Below are positions 61,248 through 64,000 of a stretch of 64,000 nt of DNA, in pieces (the first letter of the stretch is position 1; each line of letters opens with the position of its first letter). The translations under genes and the position numbers were made by a program. The stretch is taken from the IMG/VR virus record IMGVR_UViG_2513237360_000007, positions 10,637 to 74,636 of that record; one strand, given 5' to 3'. This DNA is from a virus. Taxonomy: Duplodnaviria; Caudoviricetes. The notes under the pieces were generated by a model. It worked only from the letters and a program-made list of their open reading frames with translations, was not told the DNA's origin and did no database searches.

Positions 61248-62027
61248 ATGAGTTATGAGGCAAACGATTTGTTGGTAAAATTAACACCAAATTCATTAAC
61301 TTATTTCATATTGGCTTTTGGGCTTATTTGCTGCGTTTTATTAATTCTTTATATAAATATAAACCCCATTAGTCAGCCATTAGTAGTCATAAATGGAAAA
61401 CCCAATGTGGCTTTCTATATACTTTCATATATAATAAAGTTTTCCTACGTATTTGCATTCTTACTTTTAATTTATTATCTAAACAGTTACTCAAAATTAG
61501 TTACAAGTGGTTTTCTAATTGGCTTTGATGGCTTATTGGTAAACCATTTTGAGATATCTGGGGATATTTATAAATATTTCTTTTACAGAAATACTCCTAT
61601 TTTATCTATAGGCGTGTTTATAATTTTAAGAGAGGTATTAATTAATGATTACTTTGAAGTTAGAAGAAACAAGCAAAATATAGTAATTCTTCAGATTATA
61701 TCTTTTTACCTATTTTTTATGTTAATTGTCGAATTGGAAGGATTTTTTGGATATGTAAGAGTTGGGTATGGTGAAAAAGTGTTGTCGTACATAAATGTAA
61801 CAGCATATTATGTGAAATTTGTAATCAATGTGATAGGATTCTTTTCATCTGTCTTGCTACATATTCTTTACAACAATAAAGATAACGTGGAGTTTCACAA
61901 ATCAAGCAAATCGTGTTTTCTAAGAAAACATGGTATTTTTAATATTTTATTCATATGCATATTTTTAATTAGTATTATGAGAATTATATATGATATTTAT
62001 GATGGTAGCTTTTATATACACCTTTGA
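61248..62027 (+). CDS. Low-GC polytopic membrane protein (moron-like)
   Basis: About 7 hydrophobic segments, very AT-rich, last gene before terminators. Confidence 0.7.
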   Translation: MSYEANDLLVKLTPNSLTYFILAFGLICCVLLILYININPISQPLVVINGKPNVAFYILSYIIKFSYVFAFLLLIYYLNSYSKLVTSGFLIGFDGLLVNHFEISGDIYKYFFYRNTPILSIGVFIILREVLINDYFEVRRNKQNIVILQIISFYLFFMLIVELEGFFGYVRVGYGEKVLSYINVTAYYVKFVINVIGFFSSVLLHILYNNKDNVEFHKSSKSCFLRKHGIFNILFICIFLISIMRIIYDIYDGSFYIHL

Positions 62028-62077
62028 TCTATCCTTCTTTAATTATTTTAGTGGGATATTAAACAAGATACAAATCG

Positions 62078-62120
62078 ATAGGGCAGTTGAGTTTTAATAC
62101 TCTTCTGCCCTATTTTTTTT
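62078..62120 (+). terminator. Rho-independent terminator
   Basis: ATAGGGCAG/CTGCCCTAT stem followed by a T run. Confidence 0.8.
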
Positions 62121-62124
62121 ACGA

Positions 62125-62150
62125 TAAAAAATGGGGGTTCACACCCCCAT
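62125..62150 (-). terminator. Rho-independent terminator for the minus-strand peptide gene
   Basis: ATGGGGGT/ACCCCCAT stem followed by T6 on the minus strand. Confidence 0.7.
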
Positions 62151-62159
62151 AAAAAGTTG

Positions 62160-62216
62160 TTACTTTTTTGAAATCACCAGAATTATAAGCAAAATCATAA
62201 GTAGATCATAATTCAC
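62160..62216 (-). CDS. 18-aa hydrophobic peptide, putative type I toxin (MNYDLLMILLIILVISKK)
   Basis: GGAGG SD 7 nt before GTG; single TM helix with KK tail; own promoter and terminator. Confidence 0.6.
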   Translation of the reverse strand: MNYDLLMILLIILVISKK

Positions 62217-62357
62217 GTGACCACCTCCCATGTTCAGCAAATTTGCAAGACGCTAATTGCTATTACAATCAACTATCGTGCATACTTGTTTAAAACGAAC
62301 ATAGTTATGAGGATTTCACTCTAGGCGTACACAGACAACTGTCTGCATACTGTAGTT

Positions 62358-62386
62358 ATTTTACCATAATAAAATGTTTATATCAA
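62358..62386 (-). promoter_or_regulatory. sigmaA promoter for the putative toxin
   Basis: TTGATA-17 nt-TAAAAT with TG extension. Confidence 0.6.
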
Positions 62387-62417
62387 TAAATATAATCGTA
62401 TGTAATCTCTATTCGTA

Positions 62418-62560
62418 GTGTTCAACCACATAATGGGCTACCGCATCAATAAACGCGCCATTACGCGGCTTATGTTCCTATTTCCATCTCGAATATCGCC
62501 TTCTTCTGTGGGTGCTCAGAGCCGACCATATATTAGCGGGAATTCCGCCTACCTTGGTTG
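62418..62560 (+). pseudogene. Degenerate AraC-family C-terminal HTH fragment
   Basis: MGYRINK then, frameshifted, PISISNIAFFCGCSEPTIY*REFR. Confidence 0.4.
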
Positions 62561-62599
62561 GACTGATGGTTTTAGTGGGCATCTTGAGGACTTCCGTTT

Positions 62600-62920
62600 T
62601 TTGGTGGGAAGGGGATCTATTACCGTTTTATTGGAGATGTGGATATAAATCTGTGTCCAAGCATAGACCGAATATTGTTGATTGGAACGCCCTGTTCAAT
62701 CATGTGACTTGCAAAGGAATGATGAAGAAAATCCAAATGTTTGGATTTTCTGCGACAAATGTATGTGGTCATCTTGCTGGAAATGGAGGTTCCGCTTATT
62801 AAAATTTCCGCTTTACTGGGTCATAGTTCCAGTCATACGATCTTTGAATACTTCTGTGATTCTCTGGACGAGAATGAAAATATCCTGGCATTCATGAACA
62901 ATGCATTTGGTGTAGCTTAG
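62600..62920 (+). pseudogene. Degenerate tyrosine recombinase C-terminal fragment
   Basis: One frame reads DFLRQMYVVILLEMEVPLIKISALLGHSSSHTIFEY, matching the HxLRH...LGH...Y pattern, with upstream in-frame stops. Confidence 0.6.
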
Positions 62921-63001
62921 GAGGTAAGCCGGTATGGTATTTGATTTACGCCTCTTACCATATTCTTTTCCCGTTGGACTGTTTTCATGAACATGTCTGC
63001 G

Positions 63002-64000
63002 CTAAACCAGGAAATCCGGATGGCTGCTTAACCACTTCATATAGCATTCAAACCCTTTCTCCGGAGTGTCGGCAGCCGGGACAAATCCGGTATCTTCATA
63101 TAATCTATCGAGAGACATGGCAGCGTTATCCCTCGTCTGGTTTACCTGTATAGTTGCCTCTTCTGGAATCGATGCCAGGCTATATGAGAAATCAGGGTAT
63201 CTTTTTTTTAACAATTCACACCATTCAAGCAGGCTCCATTGCTTGCCGCTGCATAAAGGATAGCTGTCATAGCGGAGGGTTTCTGCCTCCATAAGTCTGA
63301 CAGCTGCATCTGCAATATCAATTCCGCATACCCAATCCTGACAACATGGTCTTGGCAAAACAGCATGCTCGCCGCTGATTGCTTTTTGCGTTAATTGATA
63401 AATCAAACTCATATGTCCTCTTACGCCCGTATATCTCTCCCAGGGCCCATAGACATCTCCGATTCTGGCAATTACCGCATCCATCATATACAACTCTTTT
63501 AAACGCAGCAGTATTTTTTCTCCAGCGTATTTTGAAATCTCATATAGCGATTTTGGGGTTCCAATACTGCTTTCCTCACTCAGCTTTTTCTCCTGAAAAG
63601 CGGTTTCTCCATATGCAGAAATAGAGCCTAAATATATAAACCGTTTCACATGTTGATTTTTTGCTGCCAAAACAGCCTTTAAAAGCCCAAGGCAATTTAC
63701 TTCTATGATAGAAGATGGATTGTTTTCCTCCATGGTTCTGTCCGGAGTAATGGCCGCCCCATGGATAAAATAGCTCACGCGATATTTTTGGATTACTTTC
63801 TCTATTTTTTCCTGATCCAGAACATCTCCCTGCTCAAAAAAAATCTTTCCCGGCATTTTTTCGAATTCCCTGGTAAAAGTATCCGCCGGAGGTTTTCTTG
63901 CATACAAAATGACATTGTACCTTTTGTTTAGAAGAAGACTAGCAATATTCATGCCTATAAATCCCGTTCCTCCAGTTATAAAAACATACTCTTTCTCCAT
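63002..64000 (-). CDS. NAD-dependent epimerase/dehydratase (host gene)
   Basis: ITGGTGFIG Rossmann motif, YEISK (YxxxK), VYGP. Confidence 0.92.
   Translation of the reverse strand: MEKEYVFITGGTGFIGMNIASLLLNKRYNVILYARKPPADTFTREFEKMPGKIFFEQGDVLDQEKIEKVIQKYRVSYFIHGAAITPDRTMEENNPSSIIEVNCLGLLKAVLAAKNQHVKRFIYLGSISAYGETAFQEKKLSEESSIGTPKSLYEISKYAGEKILLRLKELYMMDAVIARIGDVYGPWERYTGVRGHMSLIYQLTQKAISGEHAVLPRPCCQDWVCGIDIADAAVRLMEAETLRYDSYPLCSGKQWSLLEWCELLKKRYPDFSYSLASIPEEATIQVNQTRDNAAMSLDRLYEDTGFVPAADTPEKGFECYMKWLSSHPDFLV

Larger units (their letters stand above)
1..62420. mobile_element. SPbeta-like siphovirus prophage (left end outside window; right end approximate)
   Basis: Collinear YonO-like RNAP, terminase, portal, capsid, tail tube, tape measure, endolysin and tail fibre genes; host-type epimerase begins at 63002. 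No intact integrase or att site identified in window. Confidence 0.92.

Noticed and set aside
62230-62350. Metabolite riboswitch in the toxin 5' UTR
   Set aside because: No match to riboswitch consensus motifs I know; treated as a structured UTR
62418-62897. Track ORFs 62418-62648, 62512-62802 and 62682-62897 as real genes
   Set aside because: Better explained as alternative frames across degraded AraC and integrase fragments

Overview
Almost the whole window (1 to about 62.4 kb) is part of a large SPbeta-like siphophage prophage, followed by a host NAD-dependent epimerase gene (63.0-64.0 kb). A Clostridia/Lachnospiraceae-type host is an inference from gene content. Layout: a minus-strand accessory arm (HNH nuclease, Gp88-like, M28 peptidase, Cys-rich 'SWASCH' protein, ParB-like), then a 1.5 kb divergent intergenic region with a hairpin array. 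The plus-strand late region follows: YonO-type single-subunit RNA polymerase, coiled-coil protein with a downstream ~360-nt structured RNA, tRNA/tRNA-like cluster, terminase, portal, capsid, tail, lysis, receptor-binding genes and a GH2 glycosidase fusion. Main discovery: the tape-measure gene is split by a predicted 2,676-nt group I intron (37294-39969). Its P1, P7, P10 and omega-G elements can be read from the sequence and splicing restores the reading frame. Instead of a homing endonuclease it carries an antisense operon of four ORFs with its own sigmaA-type promoter. All protein calls come from motif recognition by eye; no database searches were run.
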